A DNA stretch of 64,000 bases from Pyrodictiaceae archaeon (GCA_027036135.1 JALVSY010000016.1:256001-320000); one strand, 5' to 3'; counted from the stretch's first letter, positions 42,175 to 53,360 are shown. Program-made: numbers and translations. The notes: generated by a model not told the origin, from the letters alone.

Positions 42175-42219
42175 CTTTTTCTCCTCCTATTTACCACGTT
42201 TTTTACAACGGTGTAGTGC

Positions 42220-43347
42220 TTGCAACCGTATCGGGAAAGACTAGCTAAGCTAGAAGCCCTCCTAGAGGAGGAGAACTTAGACGCTATACTGGTTACAAGA
42301 AGCCCCAACGTATTCTACTTCACTGGTTACCGTGGCGCAGGCTTCTTAGTCCTTGCACGAAACAATGGATTCGCCTTACTAGTGCCACCGCTAGAGTATC
42401 TAAACGCCCTTGATTCCGTAAAAGAGAACGATGTAGATGACAAAGTAGAGGTAGTGGGGTATCAACCCTACGGACTCCCCGAGGACCTAGTACTTGCCCC
42501 TAAGCAGAAGGTGCTCCAGAAAAGCCTCGTAGACTCAATCATAGAGATAATTGGTGAGGAGAAGAGAGTAGGAAGCGATCTAACAAATTTAACTCTGTAC
42601 AATGAGCTGGTGAAGAAGCTAAAACTAATAGATATAGACAAGAAGATAGCCCATATGAGGATGATAAAGGATCCGTGGGAGATAGAACGTATGGAGACAG
42701 CGGTAGCGATAGCTGAGGAAGCACTACAAGCAGCTATAGATAGTCTTGACTATGGTGTATCAGAGCAGGAAATAGCAGCAATAATAGAGTATAGTTTCCG
42801 CGTGATGGGCGCGGATGATCACTCGTTTCCCCCAATAGTAGCCTTCGGCGAAAACACAGTCTATCCCCACGCGTCACCATCTAAGCGAAGAAGACTAGAG
42901 CCGGGAATGCCAGTGCTAATAGATCTCGGCGCAATATACAAGGGCTACTGCAGTGATATGACGCGCACCCTTGTCCTCGATGAGGGCCCGGAAGGTTTCC
43001 GTGACACAGCCGAGGCGGTGCTCGAAGCAGTTGAGGAGGCAATTGACCTAGCAGCGCCGGGAGTCAAAACCGGAGAACTCGATGCCAAGGCCAGGGAAGT
43101 GCTACGAAAACACGGGCTAGCCTATTACTTCAATCATAGCCTTGGCCATGGAGTAGGCATAGAGGTTCACGAAGAGCCGCGAGTCAGCTATGGCAGTGAT
43201 ACAGTTCTCGAACCAGGCATAGTGATAACAATTGAGCCGGGAGTATACATTCCAGGCAAATATGGTGTACGAATCGAGGAAATGATACTGGTCACCAAGA
43301 AGGGAGCAAAGAGGCTAACAAGGTTCCCAACCAGGCTATGGCTATAA
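42220..43347 (+). CDS. Xaa-Pro peptidase (M24B)
   Basis: PH, IDLG, SDMTRT, HSLGHGVG.EVHE.P, TIEPG, G.RIEE. Confidence 0.92.
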   Translation: MQPYRERLAKLEALLEEENLDAILVTRSPNVFYFTGYRGAGFLVLARNNGFALLVPPLEYLNALDSVKENDVDDKVEVVGYQPYGLPEDLVLAPKQKVLQKSLVDSIIEIIGEEKRVGSDLTNLTLYNELVKKLKLIDIDKKIAHMRMIKDPWEIERMETAVAIAEEALQAAIDSLDYGVSEQEIAAIIEYSFRVMGADDHSFPPIVAFGENTVYPHASPSKRRRLEPGMPVLIDLGAIYKGYCSDMTRTLVLDEGPEGFRDTAEAVLEAVEEAIDLAAPGVKTGELDAKAREVLRKHGLAYYFNHSLGHGVGIEVHEEPRVSYGSDTVLEPGIVITIEPGVYIPGKYGVRIEEMILVTKKGAKRLTRFPTRLWL

Positions 43348-43478
43348 CACCTAATCTAATTCCATTTTCTCCCATCAATACCCCTCAATAGAGAAACCCT
43401 ATATGGGGAAATACCGCAACTAGTAATAAGGGAATATGGAGAATTCCGAAGACTAAGTAGGAGAAAGGGATACACGTA

Positions 43479-44642
43479 ATGGTCTATGGTATCGCTGAGT
43501 TACCACTCCACGACGGACATGTACCACCATGGCTAGCAGCATACATGAAGAGACTTGCCCGTGCTCTCCTCGAGGCAATGGTAGCGCTTCACGGCGTCTC
43601 TAAGACAGTTAAAGTATTTGCTGATCCTCTATGGTTCCAGGCATTCAACAACGCTATAGGCATGGACTGGGATAGTAGCGGCTCAACAACAGTAACTATT
43701 GGCATAATAAAACAAGTCCTATCAGAGACAAACCTAGGCCTTGGCGTTGCTGGCGGCAAGGGAAAGAAGGCAAGGGAGACGCCAAACGAGCTCAGACAAT
43801 TGGGAGAAAGACTCAACCTATCATCTAGCCTTGTCGAGTACCTAGTAAGAGCGTCAAAGCTCAGCGCGAAAACAGACACAGTTCTACTACAAGACGGCTA
43901 CCAGCTATACCACCACGCAGTATTAGTAGCAGAGACGGGGGACTGGGTAATAATACAACAGGGAATGAACCCGGAGCAACGACTCGCTAGACGCTATCAC
44001 TGGGCTAGCCCGCTTCCACCGATACCGAGCCTAGAGCCTCATAGCGGTATTGCAGCGGCCCGGAGAGAGTACCAGGTCATAGATTTGACTAGCAGAAAGA
44101 GCCTTGATGCAAGGAAAACGATAGTAGATATTGTCCGTGAGAATCCGAGAAAAGTTATAAGAGAGATAATGCAAGCTCATCGTCTCCTGCAAGGCATAGT
44201 ACCTCTAACAGCATGGACTACTAGATCAAGGCTAGAAACAACTAGGATTAGAAGGATTTACAAGCCGCAGCCAAGGCCTCCAAGGGACCTTGAGAGGGTG
44301 CTTCGCAGAGTATACGAGACACAACCCAGCAGCATAGAGGAATTAGCCCTCATCGAGGGTGTTGGGCCAGCCACCCTGCGCAGTATAGCACTAGTAGCAG
44401 AACTCGTCTACGAGGCACCAATAAGCCACGAAGACCCGGCAACCCATCCATTAGACCCATTTCGCTACGCCTATATAGTTGGCGGAAAGGATGGAGTACC
44501 ATTCCCGTTTAGGCCCGATTACGCTGAGAAAGTCATAGAGTTCCTCCAGAGCATTGTAGCTGAGGCACGTCTAGACGAAAAGCATAGGAGAAGAGTCCTA
44601 GAGAGAATACGGAGACTCGCAGCACTTATTCCAAAAAGCTAG
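43479..44642 (+). CDS. DUF763 family protein
   Basis: [49 protein letters not shown]. Confidence 0.9.
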   Translation: MVYGIAELPLHDGHVPPWLAAYMKRLARALLEAMVALHGVSKTVKVFADPLWFQAFNNAIGMDWDSSGSTTVTIGIIKQVLSETNLGLGVAGGKGKKARETPNELRQLGERLNLSSSLVEYLVRASKLSAKTDTVLLQDGYQLYHHAVLVAETGDWVIIQQGMNPEQRLARRYHWASPLPPIPSLEPHSGIAAARREYQVIDLTSRKSLDARKTIVDIVRENPRKVIREIMQAHRLLQGIVPLTAWTTRSRLETTRIRRIYKPQPRPPRDLERVLRRVYETQPSSIEELALIEGVGPATLRSIALVAELVYEAPISHEDPATHPLDPFRYAYIVGGKDGVPFPFRPDYAEKVIEFLQSIVAEARLDEKHRRRVLERIRRLAALIPKS

Positions 44643-45034
44643 GCCTTCTTCTCGACAAGGACAGCGTTAACGACGCCGTCTTGCCCAGGTCTCGAGGTCA
44701 CTACTGCCTTACCGAGCTCGGTCTCTATAACAGTACCCTTAGTTATTATTCCTGAGCGCACGTATTGTGGGTTAGCAGGAGTTTCTAGGACACGTAGTAT
44801 TTTTACCTTCTTAACAGTATGGGTTGATGGATCAGCTACATTAGCATATGTGGCTCTCTTGAGTCGGACTTTTTGATTGCCTCCTCTAACCCTTATTATT
44901 TTCCTTTGCTCTATGTTGTCTAGTCTAGTGAATGTAGGGAAGCGCCCCATCCAGTACTTTCTCTTAACCTTTCGATGGGGTCTCTTTTTGCCGCCTGTGA
45001 GCTTCTTTAGGTCATTTCCCTGGTAAATCCCCAT
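44639..45034 (-). CDS. rps8e: 30S ribosomal protein S8e
   Basis: [29 protein letters not shown]. Confidence 0.97.
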   Translation of the reverse strand: MGIYQGNDLKKLTGGKKRPHRKVKRKYWMGRFPTFTRLDNIEQRKIIRVRGGNQKVRLKRATYANVADPSTHTVKKVKILRVLETPANPQYVRSGIITKGTVIETELGKAVVTSRPGQDGVVNAVLVEKKA

Positions 45035-45079
45035 GGCTTCTTTACGCCCCCGAGGCCAAGCAAGAGTAGTCCCAGCTTA

Positions 45080-45658
45080 TTAAGTTCTCTCGCTAAGCCG
45101 CTCAATGACATCTTGCGCTCTCGGTAGCCTAGGGTACAAGTTCGGGTTGAGGCGTGGAACAAGCGCCATTAATACAGCGTTATAGCTTAGCTCGGTACGA
45201 GTGATCAGGCCATAGGTAAGGTAGCCTATAAAGCCTAGTTTTTCACCAATATCCCTCCTTCCAATAGTTTTTGTAACGATTTCCTCTAGCTCAACTCTAT
45301 TTAGCAATTCGTCTAGCCAGTGCAGGGGGAGCATAAATCCCTGGCTAAAACCAATACTCACTCTACCGCTCCGATCAGAAATGGCGGCAACCTGGATCTC
45401 TATTGGCCCCGCCTCGGTGACTATAGTGCCAGCCTCTATGCCTACCCCATAGTCCGCTCCCTCTGCCTCAAGAGCCTGTGTAGCTCTGTTGAGCGCTCCA
45501 AGCAATATCTCTCGAAGCCCTATGGGCTGAGCTGGAACACCACTAGCAACCTTAGCTCCCCTAACAACGGGGTCACATAGCAGCCTAAAGGCTCGGCGAA
45601 CAGCATTAACCTTAACAGGATTAAGCGAGCCTACCACAACCTCGCACGCTGCAGCCAA
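45080..45658 (-). CDS. Inosine/xanthosine triphosphatase (YjjX/DUF84)
   Basis: GS.NPVK..AV, SGV..QP, GA.NRA, GIEAG, G.IG.LT. Confidence 0.88.
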   Translation of the reverse strand: MAAACEVVVGSLNPVKVNAVRRAFRLLCDPVVRGAKVASGVPAQPIGLREILLGALNRATQALEAEGADYGVGIEAGTIVTEAGPIEIQVAAISDRSGRVSIGFSQGFMLPLHWLDELLNRVELEEIVTKTIGRRDIGEKLGFIGYLTYGLITRTELSYNAVLMALVPRLNPNLYPRLPRAQDVIERLSERT

Positions 45659-45725
45659 AGATGCACCCCGTTAAGGGGCCAAGCTTACTACCTCTTTTAC
45701 CTACCCCTATTTCTACCCCTTTGTT

Positions 45726-47072
45726 CTAGCTCTGCTTCTCTAAGAGCGCGTAAAAGAAGCCGCTTGTCTGATGCCTATGAGGCCAAGACCTCATTGTTCC
45801 CTTAAGTAGCTGCGAGGGCTCATAGGGCTCCTCAAGAGGAACTACTTCTATTCCTTTCGCGTTATCAAGGAGCCAGGATATGTTATACTCGCCTTCCTCG
45901 GGCAATATACTGCAGACAGTGTACAGCAAGCGACCTCCTGGACGGAGCAACTTTACTGCCTCGAGGAGCATTGCTCTCTGCTTCTCAACATGCTCCCTTA
46001 CGGTTTTCCTAGTAAGCCTCCACCTAGCCTCAGGGTACTTAGCCAAAGAACCAGTACTCGTACACGGAGGATCAAGTAGTACTCGATGCGCACTCCGTGT
46101 AAGAATAGTTGAGGCTCTGCGCGCGTCACCAGCAACGGATACTATAGAGAGAAAGGTCCCCGTGCGCATAGCCAGCTCCCTTAGCCTGGCAAGCCGGTCT
46201 GGCCTAAGATCCATTCCTACTACGAGCGCCTGGCTCATAGCTAACTCGGCTAGGTGCGTAGTCTTCCCGCCAGGAGCGGCACATAGGTCATAGATTATCT
46301 CTCCTGGTCTTGCGCCTAGTATTAGTCCTGCAGCCGCACTAGCCTCATCTTGTGGGACTACTTTGCCTTCCTCTAGTGCACGGAATCGCTGATAATCTAT
46401 ACCCCCTCTATACCTTACGTGATTAGGCACCCTCTCACTAGGCCATGCATCCACACCGAGACCGTGTAACTCCTCAAGCACTTCCTCGGTACTCGCCTTA
46501 AGAGTGTTGACGCGAAAACCGAGTATAGGTGAGCGCGTATTAATCGACTCAGCGAAAGCCCTTACCTCGTCCCATGGTAGTAGCTTTCTCAGCGCGTCGA
46601 TTAGTATCCAGGGCATAGAGTACTCCAGCTCAAGTTTTTCGCGATGACTACTAGGCTGCCACGGGCTACGTCGAAGACTCCTATAAAGCTGCATTACCTT
46701 ATCAGCGTACTCTGTGCCGAACCTCTTTGAGACAAAAAGTGAGGCAAAGCGCAAGAGAGTATTATTAAACTCTTCGTCTCCGGCCTCGTCAAACTGGCCC
46801 AGCACTACAGCTAGGCGCAGCGACTGCCTTATCGCTGCAGGTAGCCGCTCCGGATTAATGCCTACGCGTTGAGCAGCTATACGGTCAAGTATCCCCTGAA
46901 GCCTATAGAGACGATACATTAGCGCAGTAAAGACCCTGTCATAACGAGTGCCGAGCAAGCCATATTTGTGGAAAACCCTGCGCTTAACCTCCTGGAAAGG
47001 CTTATAGTGCTCAGCTAGTTCCAGCGCCTCTAGCAGCGCCTTAGCGTGCTTCTTCTCAACCCTAAGACCCAT
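45726..47072 (-). CDS. RsmB/NOL1/NOP2 RNA m5C methyltransferase
   Basis: QDEAS, DLCAAPGGKT, DPPCTSTG, YTVCS, E.E, GFF. Confidence 0.92.
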   Translation of the reverse strand: MGLRVEKKHAKALLEALELAEHYKPFQEVKRRVFHKYGLLGTRYDRVFTALMYRLYRLQGILDRIAAQRVGINPERLPAAIRQSLRLAVVLGQFDEAGDEEFNNTLLRFASLFVSKRFGTEYADKVMQLYRSLRRSPWQPSSHREKLELEYSMPWILIDALRKLLPWDEVRAFAESINTRSPILGFRVNTLKASTEEVLEELHGLGVDAWPSERVPNHVRYRGGIDYQRFRALEEGKVVPQDEASAAAGLILGARPGEIIYDLCAAPGGKTTHLAELAMSQALVVGMDLRPDRLARLRELAMRTGTFLSIVSVAGDARRASTILTRSAHRVLLDPPCTSTGSLAKYPEARWRLTRKTVREHVEKQRAMLLEAVKLLRPGGRLLYTVCSILPEEGEYNISWLLDNAKGIEVVPLEEPYEPSQLLKGTMRSWPHRHQTSGFFYALLEKQS

Positions 47073-47074
47073 AG

Positions 47075-47986
47075 CTAGCTACTCCTCATCTCCTCCTCTA
47101 GCGCCTTAACAAGCAAATAGACAGAATCATTATATGGCACGTATACTCCCTTACCTAGAGCCCTTCTCAGCAATGCACCATTAATATAGTCTATCTCAGT
47201 CACAGTTCTCTGCTCGACATCCTGCAACATACGGGGCACACAGCCCCTTATAGACAAGAGTTTCTCAAGTAATTCCTCCCTAAGCTTAATACCATATTCC
47301 TTTGCGACAAGCTCAGCCTCTTTCCAGAGCTGCTCGACAAGGCTCCTAGCATAGGAAATCCTCTTAATCCTTGATAATGGTACGCCAAGTATAGCTGCAA
47401 CTGGCTGAGATGAAAGATTCGTCGCCCAGTAATCCCAGGCAAGCTGCTCAACACTATCTTGGCGTGAGACATTAAGTCCTAAAGCTCTGAGCCCCTCCGC
47501 AAGGTAGTCCACTAGCTCGCTGCTCCCCCAGGCTTCGACAAAACCCTCACCAGGCCATTCCGCTGTACCTCTTCCCATCCGCCGAATGCATGTGTATAGG
47601 GCGATGAAGCCCCGCCCTCCATTAAGCTGATTAATAATATCTAGTACATCAATACTTGGCTGGATAAATACATGGATACTATTGGGTAGTTTCTTGTACA
47701 CCGCATCAACGAGTTCTCTTAGAGAGTTAAGCCTAGTAGCATATATTACTACGTCGTAGCCTCTCCTCAGGAAAGACACATGAGCAGCGGAAACCTTTAC
47801 AGACGATTCACCAGGGCCATAAACCCTTATCACGCCATCATTACGCATTATTGATACAACGTCCTCGTCTCGGAGACAAAACAGCGTAGCAACAAATCCT
47901 CTGACGGCCAAGGCGGAGGCTAAAACAAGGCCCGCGGCACCACAGCCAATAATAGCAGCTCTAACCAATACCACTTGTCCCTCCAC
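47075..47986 (-). CDS. Ketopantoate reductase (PanE/ApbA)-like protein
   Basis: IIGCGAAG Rossmann motif, MLQD....TEIDYINGA; several canonical residues diverged. Confidence 0.7.
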   Translation of the reverse strand: MEGQVVLVRAAIIGCGAAGLVLASALAVRGFVATLFCLRDEDVVSIMRNDGVIRVYGPGESSVKVSAAHVSFLRRGYDVVIYATRLNSLRELVDAVYKKLPNSIHVFIQPSIDVLDIINQLNGGRGFIALYTCIRRMGRGTAEWPGEGFVEAWGSSELVDYLAEGLRALGLNVSRQDSVEQLAWDYWATNLSSQPVAAILGVPLSRIKRISYARSLVEQLWKEAELVAKEYGIKLREELLEKLLSIRGCVPRMLQDVEQRTVTEIDYINGALLRRALGKGVYVPYNDSVYLLVKALEEEMRSS

Positions 47987-48107
47987 AGGACGGGTACTAA
48001 GAGCCCCTCCTCTTTTAAGCGCGCGAGATAGAGTGTATCAACTATACTACAGCATGCAAGGATTAAGAAGGGGAGCCCGCCCCCTCCACCCTCGAGGGTA
48101 GTACGGC

Positions 48108-48506
48108 TTGAAGCGACTAGGAACCGTGCTGCACATGACGAGAAACGGCTACATAGTAGCAAGGCTAGAGAAAGAGGAAGCCGAGAAACTACCACCCCTC
48201 AACGTCCCAGTCTATGACCGGGACTTGAAGAAAATAGGTACACTCCTAGACATAATAGGCCCCGTGAAGAATCCCTACGCCGTGGTAAAGCCAGCTAACA
48301 AGGAGATCAAGGTCTACGAGGGAGAGCCCCTCTACTACAAGATCCCGCGCCCGCCCAGGAAGAGGCAGAAGAGGGCCAAAAAGCCTACACGAGAACGCAG
48401 GCCGGGACGAGGAAAAGCATCACGCGAGACCAAGGCCCGGGATCGGCCTCGGCCAAGAAGGGGGCGGGCTCGCCGAGAGAGGAGAGGTAGAGGCGCGAAA
48501 AGATGA
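48108..48506 (+). CDS. gar1: H/ACA RNP subunit Gar1
   Basis: LG.V.H, V.D.....IG...DI.GPV..PY..VK; Arg-rich tail; gar1-tfb synteny. Confidence 0.88.
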   Translation: MKRLGTVLHMTRNGYIVARLEKEEAEKLPPLNVPVYDRDLKKIGTLLDIIGPVKNPYAVVKPANKEIKVYEGEPLYYKIPRPPRKRQKRAKKPTRERRPGRGKASRETKARDRPRPRRGRARRERRGRGAKR

Positions 48507-49387
48507 GCCCCCTTCCAGAGTATTGCCCCAATTGCGGCGCACCTTTAAGACTATACGCTCATAGACAGCCCGATGGAAGACTTGTATGTAGCAGATGCGG
48601 ATACGTCATAGAGGAGGCACCAATAGACCTAGGCCCCGAGTGGAGGAGCTTCAACGAGGAAGACCGCACAAGGCGTAGCAGGGTAGGCGCACCGCTAACA
48701 GAGAGAATACACGACCACGGCCTAACAACCTACATCTATGCGAAAAGAACAGAGCTACGTGCAAGGAAACTCGTCGCGCTACAAGCAAGCCTTCGTACAC
48801 ATGGGCAAAAGAAGCTAATCAGTATACTCCAGGAAGCAAACCGAGCAGCTAGCAAGCTTAGATTACCGAGCAGAGTAGCAGAGACAATGGCCAAGCTAAT
48901 TAGGCAACTCTACTCTATGAACATTCTTAGGAAGAATAATTTACAAGAGTACATAGCGGCAGCAGCAGTCATAGCGGCGAGGATAGAGCGTCATCCATTA
49001 ACTATGAGGGATGCAGCTGAGATACTAGGTGTAGGCGAGCAAGATGTGTGGAGAGCCTATAGGAGGATAGTAACAAAGCTAAAAGTACGCCCAGCAGCAC
49101 CTCCCAAGCCCCAAATGTTCATATCCCGTATAGCCTCCAAGCTAAATCTAAGCGGCGAGGTAGAAGCCCTAGCAATGAGGTTCTCAACAATGCTCGTGAG
49201 AACAGGACTCGCGCAAGGCAAGCCACCCGAGGCCCTCGCAGCTGCATCAATATACCTCGCCTCGATACTGCTTGACCAAAAGCGGAACCAGCTAGCAGTT
49301 GCACGCGCAATAGGCGTAACAGACGCCACAATAAGGAACCGGTACCGAGACATAGTGGACAACTTCTACATCGAGGTCCGCCTCTAA
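48503..49387 (+). CDS. tfb: Transcription initiation factor IIB paralog
   Basis: Zn ribbon CP.CG...C..CG, PEWRSF, two cyclin repeats, GK.P..LAAA..Y, VT..TIRNRY. Confidence 0.93.
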   Translation: MSPLPEYCPNCGAPLRLYAHRQPDGRLVCSRCGYVIEEAPIDLGPEWRSFNEEDRTRRSRVGAPLTERIHDHGLTTYIYAKRTELRARKLVALQASLRTHGQKKLISILQEANRAASKLRLPSRVAETMAKLIRQLYSMNILRKNNLQEYIAAAAVIAARIERHPLTMRDAAEILGVGEQDVWRAYRRIVTKLKVRPAAPPKPQMFISRIASKLNLSGEVEALAMRFSTMLVRTGLAQGKPPEALAAASIYLASILLDQKRNQLAVARAIGVTDATIRNRYRDIVDNFYIEVRL

Positions 49388-49629
49388 TAATCATGATTTT
49401 TACTAACCATATAATATTTCGCAAGTATCATTGCTTACTTTATATTCTCCTACCCAGAGTTATCCCAGCAACTTAAACTTATTCATTCCCGGTACTAGAT
49501 AGAGATATAGGCAGGCTAAGATACACTAATAGAGACTGGGTTGCGCAAAACTATACTAAGGCACGTAATCCCACATTCACTGACCGTGCATGAATGAAGA
49601 GAAGCCAGGGTATGAGGGAAGAATAGGCC

Positions 49630-50064
49630 TTGTCAGCCATGATAGACTCGTCTATCGGCATGCGTAGAAGCAGCCTCGAAGAACTAGAGGATAAGGCTCT
49701 GCAGCTTATCCGCGAAAGAGGAGATGAAGGAATATACCAACATGAGCTATGGAAAATGCTAGGCCTCGATAGCCGCGAAGGCTCACGCCTAGCGCTTCGC
49801 CTTCTCAAAAAGGGCCTTATTGTTAGAGAGCCAACAGTGCATAATGGTAGGAGAACATACAAGCTTTTCCTAGCAAAGCAGGTTAAGAAAAAACCAAAGA
49901 TAAGTATAAGGATAGGTAACGCTATCGAGGTTCCGTGTTTTACGTGCAGGAACCTAGATAAGTGCCATAATGGAGGCTTCTATGATCCCTCTACATGCCC
50001 TATTCTCGCGTCATGGATTAATGGTAAGATAAGAACCATAAAGCAGCTAATGGCTGAGCAGTAG
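49630..50064 (+). CDS. Transcription factor E beta subunit (Rpc34/RPC39-like)
   Basis: Winged helix (G..Q..LWK.LGLDSREGSR) plus PCF.C.....C.........C Fe-S motif. Confidence 0.8.
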   Translation: MSAMIDSSIGMRRSSLEELEDKALQLIRERGDEGIYQHELWKMLGLDSREGSRLALRLLKKGLIVREPTVHNGRRTYKLFLAKQVKKKPKISIRIGNAIEVPCFTCRNLDKCHNGGFYDPSTCPILASWINGKIRTIKQLMAEQ

Positions 50065-50093
50065 GCCATAATTCCTCGGCCAAGGAGGATAAA

Positions 50094-51335
50094 CTAGCTC
50101 CTTGTCGCTATTATTCTCCTTAATGCTAGTTGATATACAGTGTCTATTGCAATAATGTGGGGAGCATTGGTTCTGAATCCTCTGGGGTCAAAGTGTGTAC
50201 GCGCTGCCTTATAGCCAAGCCTATTTAGCTCTTCCACAACCTCCTCTATTCTTGGCATGCTTAGATGAAGCATGCTACATATCTTGTCAAGGCGATAATA
50301 GGGTTTCTCTATACTGCATTCACTGCGTAACTGGTTTAGCAGCTTTCTAGCACGTTTGCTCTCAGCTAGCTTCATTCTATCTATTCTCTCTGCCATGGCC
50401 TCAACTAGTTCTTCGTCGCATAGCTTGCCTCTATACAAGGGGCCAACTATTATTGGTCTCGCCCCGCAGTGGGGGCAACGAGGCCCAGGGTAATTGATGT
50501 ACCCTGTGAAGTTGCAAATAGGGCAGTAGATGCCATAGCTTAGCTGCTCAAGAGCCTCGTCGGCTCTTCGGGCTCCTCTTCGCAGCTCGGCATAAACTCT
50601 TACATAATAGTCACTGTAATAGGCCAATAGTATCCTAGCGCCATACTCGTGTGCCGCAGCTCTCCTAATGATGTAGCCAGCGAGTATCCTCACAGCTTGC
50701 TCTTTCTCCCAAGCAGTTCTTCCCGGGACGACATCGTATTTGCGCCTAAGTGCCCGTGGATGAGTACCAGATAGTGGCGCAGTATCGGTAGCAGTAATGG
50801 CCAGTACCCCTCCTACGCCGAGAGACTCTATAGCTGAGTCGAGGAATGGTAGCGGCGAGCCAAAGGGATCTATGTCTATCAGCGTTGGCCTTATACCACG
50901 TCTTATCAAGCGATGCATAGCCTCGTTGGCATCAGCGATCTCTACTCTAACTCGTTCCTCGACTCTGTTTATTCGTGCATTAAGCGCTGCAAGTCTTGCA
51001 GCAGCAGGGCTAATATCAGCTGCATAGACATATGCACCGGTCTCAGCAGCGTAGCGAACAGCCCTGACCCCACTCCCCGTCAAAGGCTCAAAGACGACTA
51101 GCTCGTTGAGCCCGCGTAGCTCGGAGTAAACTAATAAGAATAACACAGATATATCGCGGTTAAGCGCCATACGTGGGTTATAGAATACAGGGGCCCATGC
51201 AGGCTCGTATACGCCGTCTCTACGCTTATACTTCTCCATACTGGGCACGACTATTTCCACAGAGCCCTCCGAGACGATCTCCACCGGGTAGCCAAGCTTC
51301 TCAGAGAGAGCCTTCACATCAACAATAGCGCTCAT
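50094..51335 (-). CDS. trm1: tRNA (guanine-26-N2)-dimethyltransferase
   Basis: VFYNP.M..NRD, SGVR..RY, DIDPFGSP, TATD...L, GPL, RTHF; ATG 51335 chosen. Confidence 0.93.
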   Translation of the reverse strand: MSAIVDVKALSEKLGYPVEIVSEGSVEIVVPSMEKYKRRDGVYEPAWAPVFYNPRMALNRDISVLFLLVYSELRGLNELVVFEPLTGSGVRAVRYAAETGAYVYAADISPAAARLAALNARINRVEERVRVEIADANEAMHRLIRRGIRPTLIDIDPFGSPLPFLDSAIESLGVGGVLAITATDTAPLSGTHPRALRRKYDVVPGRTAWEKEQAVRILAGYIIRRAAAHEYGARILLAYYSDYYVRVYAELRRGARRADEALEQLSYGIYCPICNFTGYINYPGPRCPHCGARPIIVGPLYRGKLCDEELVEAMAERIDRMKLAESKRARKLLNQLRSECSIEKPYYRLDKICSMLHLSMPRIEEVVEELNRLGYKAARTHFDPRGFRTNAPHIIAIDTVYQLALRRIIATRS

Positions 51336-51474
51336 CAAGCTACACCCGTGAATTCTTTGCCTCCCCTGCAACGCTGGACCCAGGGACCCCATACGTGGCG
51401 CTATGTTGTTTCGAGCAAGAAATCTTACACCTCCGGGGCCGGGCAAGGGCTAGGCACAAGGGAAAAGAAAAGCC

Positions 51475-52194
51475 GTGAGCGAGGCGGGGTACCTAGCGGC
51501 TTTCGGTGCAGGTTTATTATTTGGTCTAAGTGATAGCCTTGTTCGAGCAGCATCTCGGCGCCTCTCCCCCTACGTGAACTTGTTGATAAGCCTCTTGGTG
51601 GGCACCCCGATACTCTGGCTAGCAGTACCAGCTATAGGATCTACATATATGGGGCTGAGTGCTCTAACAGCGTATATTATCGCAGAGCTACTAAACTTCG
51701 TGGCTGGTAGGCTCCTCTTCTACATAGCCGTAGCGAACCTAGGCGCAGCAACAGCAACTGTCGCCACGAGCCCTGTAACAGCGCTCTCAGCGAGTCTCGT
51801 CTTCGCAACCGCGACGATAATGGTGAGATATGCTGCGTACCACGGAGGAGACCCAGTAACGGGCACAGCGGTATCCTATACAGTCGCGTTGTCCTTCGCA
51901 GCACTCCTAGTCATCGCAAAGAAGCAACAAAGCAACCTTCTACACCTAAGCAGAGAACACAAATACATGATAGCAGCAGCGATAAGCGTCGCGCTAGCGC
52001 AGCTAAGCCGCTACTACTCATTAACAGAGCTAAGCGTGGCTAACGCGGTAGTCCTAATAGGTCTCTTCCCACTGCACACAGTCGCCTTCACAGCGATAAT
52101 GAAGCATAGTACAGAGGAGAAGCCAGGAAAAAGACACGTAATAGCAGCCATAATAGCCATAGTAGCGATAATGCTAGTAACACGAGGAAAATAA
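51475..52194 (+). CDS. EamA/DMT-family transporter, apparently internally deleted
   Basis: Hydrophobic EamA-like repeats; first repeat ends after SPVTALSA and joins the start of the second. Confidence 0.65.
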   Translation: MSEAGYLAAFGAGLLFGLSDSLVRAASRRLSPYVNLLISLLVGTPILWLAVPAIGSTYMGLSALTAYIIAELLNFVAGRLLFYIAVANLGAATATVATSPVTALSASLVFATATIMVRYAAYHGGDPVTGTAVSYTVALSFAALLVIAKKQQSNLLHLSREHKYMIAAAISVALAQLSRYYSLTELSVANAVVLIGLFPLHTVAFTAIMKHSTEEKPGKRHVIAAIIAIVAIMLVTRGK

Positions 52195-52282
52195 CACCTA
52201 GCCATAAATAGAGCAGTATATGAGACTGCTTCGAGTAAAGCTTACTAACCAGGACTAAGACGGACTACAATCCTCACGGGGT

Positions 52283-52360
52283 GCCGCCGTAGCTCAGCCT
52301 GGTTGGAGCGCCGCCCTGGTAAGGCGGAGGTCCCGGGTTCAAATCCCGGCGGCGGCTCCA
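52283..52360 (+). tRNA. tRNA-Thr(GGT)
   Basis: GCCGCCG/CGGCGGC acceptor, CCGCC-CTGGTAA-GGCGG, GTTCAAATC, CCA. Confidence 0.97.
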
Positions 52361-52583
52361 CTGCGGGCCTTCCTCTTATTAAGAAGTCACATACACTGTT
52401 CTCAACAAGTCTCCTTCTCCTGGTATATTGGTCTCACAATATCCTAGTTATCATAAAATACGTCATCAATTTCTAGCTATATGCTGTGCCTTGTTTTTAA
52501 CTAAAAGTGCTTTTACAGTGAATCAAAGGAATATTATTAAGCGAACACTGGCTGTCGTGCTGGGAAGAGTAGGGCTGTTTTAG

Positions 52584-53360
52584 ATGTCTAGCCTAGAGTG
52601 TTTAGTAAGTAATGTTCGTAAGGGAATAGAGGGCACATTGTTGGAGAGTTGTCTCGTGGAACTCGTTCTCTATGGCTCAATAGTTAGAGGCGACTATGAT
52701 AGCGATATAAGTGACATAGACCTATTCTATATCGTCAACGATGCGTGCAAAGACGATATTACCTGGATAAACCATGTGCTAGGAAACATTACCGAGTCAG
52801 CGCTACGCATCTGCGGCGTTGAGAAGCCGAGAAGAGGTATTGATCTAGCATGGTGTCTTAGAAGCGAGATAGAGAGCAGCCCAGCGCTCTGCGAGTACAA
52901 GTTCCTAACACTGTACAGGGAGGACTTTGAGCAAAGCAGCATACTTGTATTAGGCGAGAAACTTCATACACTGCTCCCAGCGCCCTCCCCAGAGGATGCC
53001 GTTAGACAAGCACTTAAGCGCCTCTCGAGAAGAGTCGTGGAGTTCGCTGAAAAGAATCCGTCCCTATTACCTATTCTCGCTGGCGAGGTAGTGAAGCTGG
53101 TGCTTCTCAGTAATGGCTACAAAGGACCTTGGGTTAAGCAAGCGGTATACAGGGCTCTACAGAGAACAGACCCGGTACTTGCAGATATTTGGCGAAACTA
53201 TCTAGACGGAAAGCCATTACCAGCTAGAGAGGCTCTACAAGTAATAAGATATGCACTAAACAGGCTATGCGGCGGGAAATTCGGAGGCGAATGCAGGGCT
53301 GTAAAGGCTGCTATTGAAGAAGCAAGAGCACTCTTAGAGAAAAAGGAAGAGCAGCACTAG
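52584..53360 (+). CDS. Pol-beta-like nucleotidyltransferase domain protein with helical C-terminus
   Basis: LYGSIVRGD.....SDIDL motif. Confidence 0.75.
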   Translation: MSSLECLVSNVRKGIEGTLLESCLVELVLYGSIVRGDYDSDISDIDLFYIVNDACKDDITWINHVLGNITESALRICGVEKPRRGIDLAWCLRSEIESSPALCEYKFLTLYREDFEQSSILVLGEKLHTLLPAPSPEDAVRQALKRLSRRVVEFAEKNPSLLPILAGEVVKLVLLSNGYKGPWVKQAVYRALQRTDPVLADIWRNYLDGKPLPAREALQVIRYALNRLCGGKFGGECRAVKAAIEEARALLEKKEEQH

